Shown here: piece by piece, positions 35,601 to 49,928 of the stretch
How the letters are laid out: each line of letters starts with the position of its first letter
How positions within the stretch are numbered: the first letter of the stretch is position 1
Made by a program: the position numbers and the translations under genes
From: Torpedo marmorata
Taxonomy: Eukaryota
Assembly: GCA_977017645.1 (NCBI GenBank)
Contig: OZ360245.1
Location: 26,040,001 to 26,104,000, forward strand
DNA length: 64,000 nt
Direction: 5' to 3'
The notes under the pieces: model-generated
The model's input: only the letters and a program-made list of their open reading frames with translations
Databases searched by the model: none
Told to the model about the DNA's origin: nothing

Positions 35601-38459
35601 ATCCTGGGATAGAGAGTTTGCACCTTGATACAATCATTCTTGACGCCTAAACTTCAAAACACGCCGCATGAATTCTGTCTTAACCCTTTCCCTTTAAAAA
35701 AAAAATCCACAGGGCGCGATTTTACAGTACTTCATCTAAGAAATGACCACGACTGGGAGGAGAAGATTTATCAGCAAAGGCTCAAAGGCTGTCGGTATTA
35801 ACAGGTCTAGAATCTCCTTAGCTTCATCAAAACAGCCGGAGTCACAGCCAATGGCTGTCAGCACAGAATAGAAGATATCGATTGAAAGTGAGCACCCAGT
35901 CAGTGTATGAATGTTAACGGGTCCGAACACAATTCACAAACTCAGCCCTTTCCCTTACACAGCACAGGATATAGCAGTTTCACGTCTTTGTCCAAACAAA
36001 ATACATCTCATCACTCTCCATTTCCTTCGTTCTCTAACGTACTTTATCTGCATTGTATGTGAATAGTATGTCTAGCATTACTTGTTGGTAATCAAATGTA
36101 TGAACGATACATTTACGCACGATATTTGTAGATGATTGTACATCAGGCCAATTATACAACCATCGCCTGTTGCCAAACTGGGTGGATTGGAACATTATTC
36201 ATATATTTTATTATTATTACAAATATGTCAAAAACTTGGAAATAACACACTTTTCTTATAACTATAGTGAATATCTCTTCACAGACCTGGATCTATTCTA
36301 AAAGTTGTGAAAAATGGTACATCATTCAGTAGAGAAGTTGCAATGAAGACGAAGTGCGGTAAGATTTGCGTTCCAAAGTTGGATTTTTAATTTATTCACT
36401 CACCAGTACAAAACACACAGGATGGAGACTTAGGGCGAGAATCGCCCAGTATTATACTCGTAATTTGATGTTCTATGATTATAGTTGCAACTACCATTAA
36501 AGGGACGGTAATAATGAAAGATCTCCAGCTGCACTTGCATGTTTAAGAATCAAATTTTTAAAAATATCATCATTCAATAAAAGTAAAATAACCTTTGGCC
36601 TATTATCAAAAGCAACAACTTGCGGCTTTGTAAACGATGAAATTGTCCTTCCTGTGAAAAGTAATCTTAGTATATCCGGTTTCCACGAACTTTCTCCATC
36701 CCTCTGCTGCCTCTCCCATCCCTTACACATCAACAAACACACACACAAACACACAAAGGGCGCTTTATTTTGCCAGTGCAATTATATTTTAAACAAGCCA
36801 ACCAAGAGCCTATCCTTTACTTGTTGACGCTTAGACTTTGGGCATAAATAAGTATACTAATAAAATTAATGCATGGCGCTGCAATTAATGACTGGGGAGC
36901 CTAATTACAGAAATGAAGACTTTCATAATATAATCTGAGGTAAATACCAGCGATTATAGTTCTAACTACACTTATAGCGCTGAAATTAAATCGAGGGAGC
37001 AGTTGTCAAGTTCAGGTTTACAGAGAGATCGTTATTGTTCATGTTTTTAACCATCGACTCCTTTCCCCTCCCCCATAGTACATGTGACTATGTCCGTAGT
37101 GATCAGACTGGCTGCTTCGCTCGTCAAGATCCCGTTGACTCCCCACCCTCCTCTTGACCTCTCTGTTAGAAGATGTGGGTGACACTTGTGATAAACTGAG
37201 AAATATACAACGAGGCTGTGATCGGCCAAGTGCAACTGGATTACAAACAACTGTGAAAGATTTCCCGTGACTGGAGTGGGACAGCAACAGCTTCGCATCA
37301 AATGGACCACGAGTTGATCCATTCTGTGTTGCTGTAAACTTCGACTTGAGAGGCAGACAATATCTAAAGGTTGCAGCATGCTCTCAGAGCATTTCCTTTT
37401 GAACTATCGAGACCATACACTTCCAATAACACATTTGCATCCATCCTATCACAGCAACCACATCTCTCCTGACGTGGAAATTTTACATTTATTTGAGAAA
37501 TAGGTTTGAAATACATTATAACATATTATTGATATCAACTGCCATTATACTTCATCAGCGCAGCTGAGCAAATAAGTTCAAGCAAAGCTCATGTCATCAA
37601 AACCAGTGAGATTCAGCAAATCACGAGCTAGGTATTTAGTTTTGGCTTTTGACTTCATTTTGCTTGTTAAACTTTGTTTTCTTTCTGTATCTCGATTTTA
37701 TAAAGCGAGAAGTAAAACACGAGAATCTGTAGACACCGTGGTTGTGTTTTTTATAAAGCGAGAACAGTTTACTTAATGTAGTCAAGATATAGAAGAGAGG
37801 TGTGTGCCATTAACATTATAGTATCAAAATATTGGACAAACAATAGATAAGGTGGTACTTTCTGAAAGAATGACATTATAGATGTGAACTTTAGGAACAC
37901 ATCACGTAGTTTAACGTTTCGATTTATTTAACTGGACATGTGCATAAAAGCAATCTATATTTGAAAATATGACAGTGGGAAGGATATGACTGAACTCGAG
38001 TGGTAAATCAACAGCTTTGCATCAACTGGACCACTAGTAGTCTGAGTAGATTGTAACTAGATGAAAACAAGATGTAAACTATGTCTATGAAGTAAATATG
38101 ATAATTGATGTAATCACTTTTCACGTTTTGACTTGGCAACATTTTCATATGCATTTTAATTGACTTAACAGGAGCACAATTCATTAAATGGCTCTCCCAA
38201 TAATATAATAATACATTTTTCTAAGAACTTATAATGAGAAATCCTGCGTGCAGCTTCTGATAACATCTTCCTCTGCCACTTTAGCAATTCTGATCTTATA
38301 TAAAATAAAACAGTACATTATAACGCATGTAGAATTTCGATTATAGTTTGCTGTGCTAAAGCTCTTTAAATTGTAGTTTTAAATAGAATTATAGTCCTTA
38401 CATGCATATTAAGAAAATGAAAGAGTTAATTCAACCAACTCTACCAAAAACGCCATATA

Positions 38460-38890
38460 TTGGAGGTAGTTCAAGGGAGATTCACAAGGCTAATTCCTGA
38501 GATGAGAGGATTGTTCTATGAAAAGAGGCTAGACCATTTGGGTCTGCATTCCTTGGAACTGAGAGGAATGAGGAATAACCTTATTCAAACATATTTGATC
38601 CTGAAATGGGGGGGGGAGGGTGCTTGACAGAGTACATGTTGAGATGTTTCCTCTATTGGGAGAGTTATGGATAAGGGGACAAAGCGACAAAAACCTGAGG
38701 TGCAAAGGAATTGCTTCCCTCGGAGGTATTGTGAATCTTTGGAATTCTCTGTATCCCCAGAGTGGCGGAGGCTAGATCGTTAGCTGTATTTAAAATGGAG
38801 CTAGATAAATATTTGGAAATCGAGAATTTGAGTGATATGGGAAACTGGCGCAGAAGTCTTGAGATCAGCCAAGATTAAATTGAATGGCGG
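38460..38890 (+). mobile_element. Degenerate CR1 3' fragment
   Basis: QGRFTRLIPEMRGLFYEKRLDHLGLHSLELRGMR-like relic and decayed 3' UTR. Confidence 0.75.
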
Positions 38891-40010
38891 GAATGGTAGT
38901 CGAACACTTGGTTGATTAGAAACCATCTTTTGCCTGGGTTGGGCACTCAGTTATAAATGTTAACGAGACAAAATCAACTGGAAAATATAACTATAGATAA
39001 ACCATACTATCTGTCCGTTGATTTCCAAACTTGAAAATAATCTTTAGTCAAGTATTGTTCGTGATATTTTATACATATATAGCTGGATTTTAGAACGCCA
39101 TTGCGTTTGTATTTTATGGTACAAGTAAAAGATCATCTCAAGAAATTCCTACTCATAACATTATATATTCCTTTTTTTTTAGTGTTGCTACTTGTACTTT
39201 ATAGCAAGTTTAGCAATGAGAATGCTTCCATTAATCGTGCCCACATGGGAAGTATAGTTTCAGCCGCGTTTGGACTTGGACCTGTGAGTTGGTGAAACTT
39301 TCCCCACTCTCCAGCCACTCAGCGGAGCCCCTGCAACTCGCCATTTCTGAGGACACAAACTGTGAAACTCAAAACATCTGCCAGTCGCGCCGAGATATTG
39401 ACCAAAAACAACACAAGGGTTTTCACCGATTAAAAAACTCACTGGCAGCCTGGATTAGAAATTCGATGAAGGCTATAGATCTTCCTGTAGTCTTGTCACT
39501 CGGACAGCTGCTATTTTCGCTCCACGACCAATAATCGAGAGGCACAACGATGCTATTTCTTTTTTTATTATTATTACTTCCCTCATTGACTCCCACATCA
39601 AGCTCCAAAACTTAAGTGAACAAACTTTTAAATCAGTTGAAACATCGATCAACTTCATTTCACCCTAAGGAATCTCGTGGTACTTCTGCAACGTTTAGCA
39701 AATGCTCCAATTAATCATCTCCGCCAACAGATATAATTGAATTGCTTAAAATGTTTTATGAAAGGATACGAGGAAAGAGGCAAATTGTCCACCCAGCGCT
39801 GAGTTTCCCAGGGTAGTTCCGTTTGAGCAGGCGATACTATCAGTGTAATGTCAAAGGGAAAAAAAAACGAACACATGCTACAAACCGATGCGAGAGGCTG
39901 ATAAATTGCAATCGGCCTCGGCGCGCACAGCAGGCTTGGGAATAACGCCGGACTCAGAAATAGAAATGGCTTATCAATGGCCTTACGCGTGGGGAGAAAA
40001 TGGATGGGAA

Positions 40011-40070
40011 AGAGAGAGAGAGAGAGAGTGAGGGAGAGAGAGAGAGAGAGAGAGTGTGTGTGTGTGTGTG
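40011..40070. repeat. (GA)n(GT)n compound microsatellite
   Basis: Directly visible. Confidence 0.95.
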
Positions 40071-43000
40071 GAAGAGAGTATATCGGAGAGGAGAATGGAA
40101 GCCCTCTGCTCCCAGAATGTGATCCCAATCCCAGCGCATCCATCTTCATTTTTTCTGAGAGAGAGAGTGTGTGGGCAAAAAAGCAGTATCGAAGCCACGT
40201 TTATATTTTATTTCCCCTAGATCAGGAGGGAGATGTAGCTTTTTTTTTTTCTCTCGCGCTGGGAACTGGTGCTGAGGAAGAGATATTTTATTTATATTTT
40301 ACGGTTTTATGTTAGCGACGTGTCAAGGAGACAAAATAAATTGCTAATGCATAAGCAAAAGCCGACAGCTTTGGCTTGCTGCGTGTCAGAACTGTGTGGA
40401 AGAAGTGGTGATATGGGATTTAGAACGGATGGGAGGCTCTGAGGGATTTAAACTGGAAATTACTCTCTCGTCCTGTATAAAATCAGTGACTGATGATGGG
40501 CTTTCTGACTGAATTTGAAAGCGCTAGTCCTCGGGCAAAAGACTGGCTCTCGGTTACTGACAAAAAAAAAGCACCGGGTAAGGAAGAGCAGTTTGACAGA
40601 AGAATAGGTGCGTAAACAAAACGAAGATATTTCCAATATCTCGCGTTCGTCTTGCCTGTGGTTTGATTGTGCTATTAACAAGTATCCTTTCCCAAAGCAC
40701 ATTCAATTCATGCTGATTACAAATCAAGACAATGGCCTTTTACAAAATGTTGAACCGTATCCATAAGTTCAAGACTTGACCGAGCACTTGAGTAAAAACG
40801 TTTTTTTTGTTCAATCACCTGCATTACAGAGGTTGTATGCATATCAATTCTCAGCAGAGTCATTGGATACCGCAAAAAAAAAAATCGCATCGGATAATTG
40901 CGATATGAACCAAAATAGTTTGGAGAATATTGACCACAACAATGCATTAATCCCAACAGACCATTAAAAATGGCGGCCGCTTTGACTGGGGACCTTAAAT
41001 CCATGTGTGCAAGCCTGATAGCGGTGGCCAAACCAACTTTAGTGGCTTCCTTTGATCGATGAATTCTGCAATGCATTTATAGGGATTCTACTTTCAATGT
41101 CCACGCGCAAATATCGGAGTTGGGTAGGTTCCTTTGCAGGAAACTTTCTGCACCGGTAATATATTATGGTTATGATGTCATTCGTGTCTTGCATATTACA
41201 GGAATATAAATGGCTCTGAAACTGTAAAGGCTTCTTTCTCATATTTCATATGTGTAAGGAAGGGAGTTTGTAAGGGTAATTTGAATTTACTACACACCTG
41301 AATGGCTGCATACAAATAGGTCGAGCATTTGCTGTGTTTGCCCTAAAAGACAGAATTAAGCCTCTTGGAATTTAATCACCAGCCTTTAAAATAACCCATC
41401 CATCTTGCAATGTTTTTATACCGATATATAAAAATGATATGATTTCTGACCTTACAATAAACGATGATTCTCATATAGAAGTGTTAAAGGACTATGGTCT
41501 CTTGTTCAACATCACATATCGCTGAAGGCAAACCCAGATTGAAACACAATTAATATGCGATGAATCATCGAATCAATCTTAAAATATTTTTGAGAGACAT
41601 CTATTGAAACAAAGTGTTGAAGTTTGGGTGTGATTAATTTGGGGTCTTTGTGTGCTAATTTGAAACGTTCGAGATTTTTTTTTGCCCTTTTAATTGCAAA
41701 AGTGATTACAACGACCACGTTAGCGCTGTTGAAAGGGTTACTTTTACTCATCGCCCAGCAATAAACTGCGCTGTTTGTTGTGACTCGTTTTGCAGACACC
41801 TTTTAGGTGCCGGTTGTAAATAAAGGCTCTTCAGTGGAGCCCGGGTAATAGTTCTCACCTTGATTACAAATGTTTGGGCCACATGCTGGACGGTGAGGTT
41901 GGTGAAGATGGAGAGGTCACTGAAGAACTTGACACTCCCCTAAATCTGACCAAGTGGACACTCGGCCAGACTTGGAGGAGTGTCAAGTTGAGCAAGGGTG
42001 CAGAGGTTGAACAGCGACATTCGAAACTTCGGGATGCGGGGTCGGGCGTCAGTTTAGCCTTTTTCTGTGGCCTTTGCCTCGAATCCGGCCTTGGTAAAAA
42101 AAAAGTCTTTGATGTACTGAGCAATTTATGAGAAGCAGTGTTGACATAAAGAGATTCGGAGTTTTCTTTTAAGAGGAAGACGGTCTTAATTTATTCACCT
42201 CGCCGTTCTTGTTTTAAAAGACACATAATTCATAAACCGTCAGAAGGAAATCAAAGGTTGCTTAGGAGGAGGGAAGGATTAAACGAGGGCAATGTTTAAT
42301 ACATTGAGGGCAAGTGTACAGAATGAAGAGAGAAGAGGAATAATAAAATATATGTAGTACTAAAATTAAATTGATATTGAACAGAATAACGCCCCAGCGG
42401 TTAAATCAGAATCCTTAAATGCTGAAGAGGTTTAAAATCAAATCTGGAATAATAATTGTAAGCAGATGATTCCGTGGTATTTATAATATATTTGTGCAGT
42501 ATCTAATTATTGTTGATAAAATATGGATTTTGTAAATGCATTAACACTTTTCATAACTAACACCGCTTTAGTTTGGATATTATTTCAATGATTTAGTTCT
42601 TTTAAAATGTTATTCTTCAGCCGTCAGCTCTCGGGGTGTCCTCTGCATTACCAGTGGCGAGCTCTGCGGGGTACTTACTGCACGTTTGCAACAACACCTC
42701 ACTCAAAGGATAAATGATAGTGCAGGCAGTTCGTACACGGCCATTGGAAATATATTTATATCGGCACTTTAAAAAAAACACGAACTGAGTTACGGCGCTT
42801 CCGGAAACTGGGCCTTAACGGCATTAAGGCATTGTCCAATTTCTTTATAATTAAAGTCTCTGTGAAGTGCAATCGAGAGTTAATTGTTATTTCTGAAGTG
42901 ATAACTGGGGATAAAACGTGCAAGTCCCCACTCCTGCTTGTATTTGTGTTCAGCATTCTATCCCCTCTCGGCTTCACAGAGCACAGATAATTCCTGGTGA

Positions 43001-46000
43001 CAGTCGAGTTAAAACCAAAGGTTTAATCACTCCATGCACACGGAATGCCAGGCGCTGCGTGTTCTCATGGCTGCTCGCATAAACAGCACAGAAACAAGGC
43101 CTAATCCCACTGCTTGCCTTGAGGGGTCAGTCAGTGCTTTCAAGGGCTGAGACGACGCAAACGCTAGGATTCACTCGCTGCTTTGGTTGTGTACCGCGGG
43201 GCAGCCCCACGGATGCCGTTACCCGTGGATTTAAATCGTATCTCAGATGATCTTTGCGAAACTAAAATCAACCAATAGCTGCAAGGGTAAACAGCACCAT
43301 AGGGCGACTTTCGCAAGCCACACAGTTCCGCACTAGCCAAAGGGATACTCGGTACCCTGGCGACCCAATCCATCATAAATTGCAATACCAGGTTGGGAAC
43401 CCCCACTTTAACCTTTCCAAGTTTTCAGTAGAAACATTGCACCTACTTTTAACACAGTAATTCTTATTTCTGACACACAGTAGCTTGAGATTGTCCAAAT
43501 CTTTTCCCAATGAAGAATTAAATCTTGTCATTTTTCTCTCTCGACACTGCGAAGTCCTCTTTTCGTGGTTCACCTTCCTTTTTTTTTGCCCCGTCTCTCC
43601 CCACCCCCGCACTCTCAAAAGAAAACAACTATTTCTTCCGCAAGTTAAGTTATGCAGCAAATGTATTTGTGTATTATATAGGACACACGCTCACACAATC
43701 CAGAACCTTATAAGAAACATACTCACTTACCAAAAACTTCCCTCTCCAGTCACTAGGGGCATAACTAATCTCATGGTGTTGTATGCGGGATTCAGGGCTC
43801 TGCTATTCATTATACCCTGCCTTCACAGGCCTGAACACTGCTGGAGATAGTCTCGCCAATTCAATTCCAACAGTGAAGCTTATTTCCTGGGTTCGTTCAG
43901 AATTACAGTCTCTTGACACAAATACAGCAGAAATGCTGCAAACACTCAACGTGTCGGGCAGCGTCTGAGGAAAGGGAAACAGTTAATTCTTCCAAAAAAA
44001 CTCGTCAGAAATCAATCTCTTGTTCCCGTGACTGGCATCATTATTGATTGTCCGATTTCTTGGAAAGAAATGGGGTTGGGGTCGCGTAATAAATACAGTT
44101 AGGGGGTCGGAGAGAAAAGTAAAAAGAACAGAGTGTAGCTGGGACAATAGAGTGAAACGGCTTCTTTGTCGTTAATCCCCTGTTAGAGGAGTATGAGAAA
44201 CCATGGAATCTCTTTTGTAGAATCATGTCGACACAATAATTAAAAATGGTGAAACCTGGTTCAAAAATAATGATCCATTGCTTTATCAAAACTCTATTGT
44301 GCATAAGTGCAGGAGTTTGATGAATATAGAATTACCGGTAATTTATTTTCCAATAACAATTGGGAAGAGAGATGATAGCAGGTGTCTAAGAGTTTATGTG
44401 TGTGAGAATTTCTATTTTTTAAAATTTAGTTACACAAATACAGTTCAAAATCTGAATGGAAGGGGAAAAATTCAATGAGTAGCAGAAAGGGACATATTGC
44501 AAAAGATGGTAGAAGTGCAGATCAGCAAAATAAGTGTAGGAGAGATGTAATGTTCAGGAATCAGGAATTAGTGAGATGAATAAAAGTGAAAGTTAGAGAA
44601 AAAGTTATAAAATATAACAAAATATATAGAATGAATTGGGTGGGGGATAATATAAATGGACACTTAAAGAATGCATCAGTTATGAAAAGCAAAATGACAG
44701 TAAAGGAGCAATCAAAAATACGTTGCAGGATTTGCAAAGCAGGTGTGCTACAGACTGAGAGAAAAATGCAAATAGGGTAGGCAGGAAAGAATGTTTTAGC
44801 AACTGGAAAAGAGAGAAAAAACAATAAAAATACAAAACAGCAAACATAATACAGGTAAAAACAGGTATCAGAGAGAAAATATGCATTACCAAATATGCTT
44901 CTTTTGCTAATGGGGTGAGTGAGTGGAGCTGGTTGGTGACAGATGAGGGACAGAGACACAAGTTTGTTCTTAAGATGGGGAATGGAAATCAGCAGTTGAA
45001 GAATTCGCCTTGAACTGCAGAAATGGGGATGGAAACCCTTTTTTTAACCATTTGAGGAAGCAGGGTTGGATCTGCTATGTGAGAAATAAGCAGTATTATT
45101 CTCAGTATTATAGACCAATAAATTATTTGATTTACCACAGGCAAATATTGTGGAAAATAAAAACATACTTTCGAGAGGATCACAATAACTCATGTCCAAT
45201 AAATTGCTTTGAAATTGTTAATAAGCTAATAGAAACAAAAGCTATACTGTTGCAACATCATTATGAATCTAAAGATTTTGGAATATATATGCATTCCTCC
45301 ATAGTACATTCAAACATTAAAAAAACCAATTTTTGATTACACCTTCTTTATGTTACTCAATGACAAATATTGTTTGTTAATGATCCTTGAAGTGCCTTGG
45401 CATGCTTTGATATGTACAAGGCACTATCTAAGTTCAAGTTATTAATTTAGCTTTTTTTTTATGCATATGAAAAAATTCAGTATTCCACAGAGTTCAATAG
45501 AACACCATTCTTGTCTGTTCTATTTTAAACAATTTAAAATTGAATTTATATTTTTGAGGGGCAACTAAAGTGAAACAATACAGTCAAGATATAATGTTAG
45601 AAGTTGCATACCATCTTTATGGTTTACTGAAACCTTTTTCCTTTTCAGCGCTTACAGTAATCAAACTCTTTACTGATCAATATTACACATTGGAATTCTC
45701 ATTAACCCAGTGGATTATGTTGGATCTAGGAATGAGAAAGATAGGAATTTGCTACAAATTTTACAGTTGACCAGTAATCTAAAGGCTGCGGCTATATTTA
45801 CATAGTTACACAGTTGATATGCGTGATCAGTTGGTATTTATAGGGATAGCATGGGATCACATAGTTGAAGCAAAGATAGCATTCACACTATTTTCAAATT
45901 GCAGAGTGTATTTAGGAATTCGAAGCCAACACATTTCACACAGCCTATTTTCTATATTTATACATTTTAAAAAAAATTATGTTCCAGGCTACCCTCTCCG

Positions 46001-46461
46001 ACATGCCGTTCAGTGTTGCAGCTTGGATAGGAAGAACAGGCAACCTACTCTGAGCCATTTGCTAAAAGCTCCTCTGTAAATGGGGATGCATGCCACAGGC
46101 TGGGGTGACTCATCCCTTGATTTTTCTTTCTCGTTGCGAAATCTCTTACTTCTATTTGGCACCCCTCCATGATTTACTGGTGTGGAGAATCATGAGCATT
46201 AAACTTGCAACTTACTATTCCTTGGCACAATGTTCTGGCTTATAACCAGAGTAGAATGTACACTACTGCATGATAAGACTGAAGAATGAGAACTACCAAT
46301 GATCTAACAGAAACTATAAATATAGAATTGGTTTGAATTTTAACATATTATCAGATTCTGTTTATTGGATCTTGTTTAATTTTACCATCAATTTTATCTA
46401 ATAATACAGAATATTATTCAATGTATCAGTGGACATATACTGAATAATGAGCAAATTATAA

Positions 46462-47067
46462 CACTGGACAACGTTTTTTCAAAAGGTTTGCTTCCTGAAA
46501 AAAAATTGGGGGTTATGATAGACAACTTCAAGCTGAACACAAAGATAATTTCAGATGTGCGGTATCACGTAGGAAGTTGGAGAAATATTAAATTAACTTT
46601 TATTGAATTTAGCATGTTTAATCACATAATGATGCCGACACATTGCGTCAGTTCAACTGACCTAAAAATGTTTTGCCGCTGATTTCCATTTCTACTCAGC
46701 ATCTGTTGCCTCTCGTGTCAGTGTCCAACAATAGTCGGCCAGCATTAATGGATTCCAGTTGCCCTGATACTGCTTTTCGATGGTTGCAATTTTCTGGAGA
46801 AACCTTTCACCATGTTCATCACTGACTGCAACAACATCAGCAGGGCCTAGTGAGAATGCAGAAAATGAATTTTCAATGACATATTGCACTTCATGGTTTT
46901 GTATGCTTGAAGTAAGCTTAAAATATGACAGGAAATCCCAAAAATAGGTTATATCTAGAAAAATCGGTACGTGACAGGAAAATTTTAAGGTGACTTTCGT
47001 GATCAGCAGCCCAAAATCCATTAAATACCCATAGGTGTTCAGGAAGCAAAATCTTGGTTATCCAGTG
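46462..47067 (-). mobile_element. Chapaev3-like (CMC superfamily) non-autonomous DNA transposon
   Basis: CACTGG...CCAGTG termini, TAA TSD both sides, transposase C-terminal relic AVSDEHGERFLQKIATIEKQYQGNWNPLMLADYCWTL. Confidence 0.75.
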
Positions 47068-47081
47068 TAATTACACATGAG

Positions 47082-47255
47082 ACTGCAGAATCTAGAGCAA
47101 CAAACAATTTTCTGGAGGAACTCAGTGGGTCAATTATCATCTGTGAGAAAAAAAGAATGGTCATCAGTCTTCATGAAGAATTCCAGCCCGAAACGTTGAC
47201 CAGTTTTACCTCCATTGCTGCTGCTTGACCTGCTGAGTTCTTCCGGCAGATTGAA
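47082..47255. repeat. Penelope-associated terminal-repeat derivative with inverted ends
   Basis: CTGGAGGAACTCAG..GGTCAA / TTGACCTGCTGAGTTCTTCCGG inverted arms around ATGAAG...CCCGAAACGTTGAC; related fragments at ~6160-6350, ~11400-11505, ~18955-18980 and ~43915-43990. Confidence 0.55.
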
Positions 47256-47899
47256 TGTGTAAATTGTATTGTGTACTTTTATGCATAATGTATATAAACA
47301 TAGTTTTTGAATGTGAAATGTCAATCTTTGCAACTGCTGGTAAATAGTGTAGGTAGTGGGGATTACTGCTAGTTAACCTGACAGTTATAAATATCTCTGG
47401 AAGAAAATACACTAACTAATACACCAGTTCTGTTTGTAGATGTCTGACTTCCTCTATATCTGTCCACCCCTTTACTCCTGTTCATGTCTATCTCACAATA
47501 TGTTAGACATTCTTAACAGTTTTCATCAATAAGACATTATTCTGGACTTTTCCTTTCAGACACACAGTCTCATCTTCTTCCATTTATAATGTATTATCCA
47601 ACATTTTGAATTAAGGTAATGGATCAGCTGTCTTGTGGGCTCACTTTGTGATTCCATGTTTCGATGTGGAACTGGGCCACAAAAGCACACATATTCCAGG
47701 TCATGTTCCTGCTTTTTGCGGTAATAGCTGACCTTAGCCATGGCCAGAATTAAAAATAAGATGACTTTACTGCACAGTTTACATAGATGGGATCCTCCTC
47801 CTGACAGACACTTGTATTCCAATGGTTTGTGCTGAGCCAAATCAATGCAGAGCTACAGGAGCAATATGAATCCAAACCCTTCATTTAATATGATTTACT

Positions 47900-48315
47900 A
47901 ACCATTCTCTCAAATGGACATGAAAGATTTCATGGCATTATTTTGAGGAAGAGCAGTGTCCTGGTCAATTTTTATCCTTTAACCAACCAGATCCATAAGA
48001 CTACAAGACCATAAGACATAAGAGCAGAAATAGGCCATTCAGCCCGTCGAGTCTGCCCCACCATTTAATCATGAGCTAATCCATTTTTCCACTCTACCTG
48101 GCCTTCTTCCCATAGCCTTTGATGCCCTGGCTAACCTCTCCCTTACATCCCAAAACATATTATTTGTCCACTTTCACATTGTTGTCTGTTGCAGCAAACA
48201 TGCTCCCCATGTTTTTACAATGACAGCGTTGCAAAATATTTGATTGGCTGCAAAGCACTTTGGGATGTCGTGGAAGGAATGTGAAGGTGCAATGTAAATG
48301 CAAATCTTTCTTTTT
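47900..48315 (+). mobile_element. Ancient Deu-domain SINE (SacSINE1/AmnSINE-like), interrupted by a CR1 3' end (~47990-48150)
   Basis: GGACATGAAAGATTTCATGGCATTATTTTGAGGAAGAGCAG..GTCCTGGTCAAT and tail ATTGGCTGCAAAGCACTTTGGGATGTC..AATGTAAATGCAAATCTTTCTTT; other relics at ~14340-14480 and ~17560-17670. Confidence 0.6.
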
Positions 48316-49928
48316 ATCAGTTACTCATTTACAGTGATAGCAGCCATAAGCATCTTTTTAGGGGAAAAGCCACTTTATTGTTAAGCAATATTCAGAAGTA
48401 ATTTTACAGCAACAGTTCTAGGTGTGCAACCCTACACTGCATTTGACCATTTTCCTCATTTAAATTTCTGCCTGGTATTAATACCCAGTGTCGGAAAACT
48501 TGGCAGCAAGATATGAAAGAAAAATGGATATGCATTCCTCTTATGAATCGCTGAATTAAAGATGAAACTGTTCATAATGTGGTTTGTTTGTGTGTGAATA
48601 AGTTTTATTTAAAAATTTGGACAGTATACACTCTCAAAAAGAAAGATCACCATCATTTACTGTCCATTAAGTCTACAAATGATTATAGATGGAAATCAAA
48701 TGTTTAGACAATTTCAAAAAAGTAATGTTTTATAGCAAGTCCTATATATTTTCATATTGGCTCATCATCATCTCTGAGACATGTACCCTATGTACCTTTT
48801 CATTTATTTCTTTTTAATCATGGACCCTGCATCCATGAACATTTGTATTTGCTCACACTCATTCAGCATGCTATTTTTCAAATTTCTGTTTGTCTGCCCC
48901 TTTATCAGCCGAACTTAGTTTGCTGAGAGATTTTGTTGTCAGACACTGTCAACCAGAAAAGACATGAGTTGCTTCAGCAATGCTGAGCACAGTTTGCCCT
49001 CTGTGATTCCTGACGTGACCTGGATGCATAATGCTTGCACATTACTCAAAGATTATTTGCATATTCTGCGTGCAATTTGGGTGAAATTCTGGATATTAAC
49101 TGCCTAGCATACAGAGATACTTTAGCAAGCAAGAAATAGTCTCATAGGAAATTGGGTTGATTATTATCTTCTTGCTAAGAATAAAAGAGTAAATGGCATG
49201 ACAGGAGTCATGCTGTAAAACTATTACATTACAGTTGAGCTATATTGACACAGTACCAAGAAAGGATATAATTTAGAGCTAATGAATATAAATAATGTCC
49301 ACAGTTAAGTAGGATATCCATAGTATGAATTTAATCTCAATCCTTGACATATTTTAATTTATGGATGTACTCCTGGCTTAAACTAAATATGGATCATACC
49401 ACTGTTATTGATCAATTCTTGTATGAGCTGTATCTCACTTTTTGGCTGAATTTTGCATATCAGCCGAAACTTCCTCCTTGATTCCTGGGCCAATAGCAGG
49501 GATAGCTCGAGTTGACTTTGCTAAAAGGTCAATTAAAGAGGGTTGAGGTTAAAATCTTAGCCACGTGATTCCCACTTAATGCCAGTGGTGTTTGTCCAAT
49601 GTTGGAAAGAGATGAATTAAAGGAATAAGAGGTTGGGGGACAGAACAACAAAAAAAAGATAAAGAACATGTGCAAATTGGGGTAGCCGAGACAAAGAGTG
49701 GAATGGAACAAAGGAAAAAAATCCTACTTGGATGGAAGTCACAAATACCCCAAGGTCACGTATCAAATTAATGCCAAACTCATCGTCCATTTACCTGTTA
49801 CATTGTTTTGCACATTAGAGGGCAAAACTAAAGAATGGTGTAATTAAATTCCATATCTAAGTATTTAAATATGAATATGTGCTCTACATAAACATAACAT
49901 TTTTGAAATGTGTTAATCCTGTTGATAA

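Noticed and set aside
39715-40315. ORFs of 112-144 aa
   Set aside because: Open only because of the GA/GT microsatellite.
41864-42131. Overlapping 85/86-aa ORFs with exon-like composition
   Set aside because: No recognisable homology or convincing splice context.
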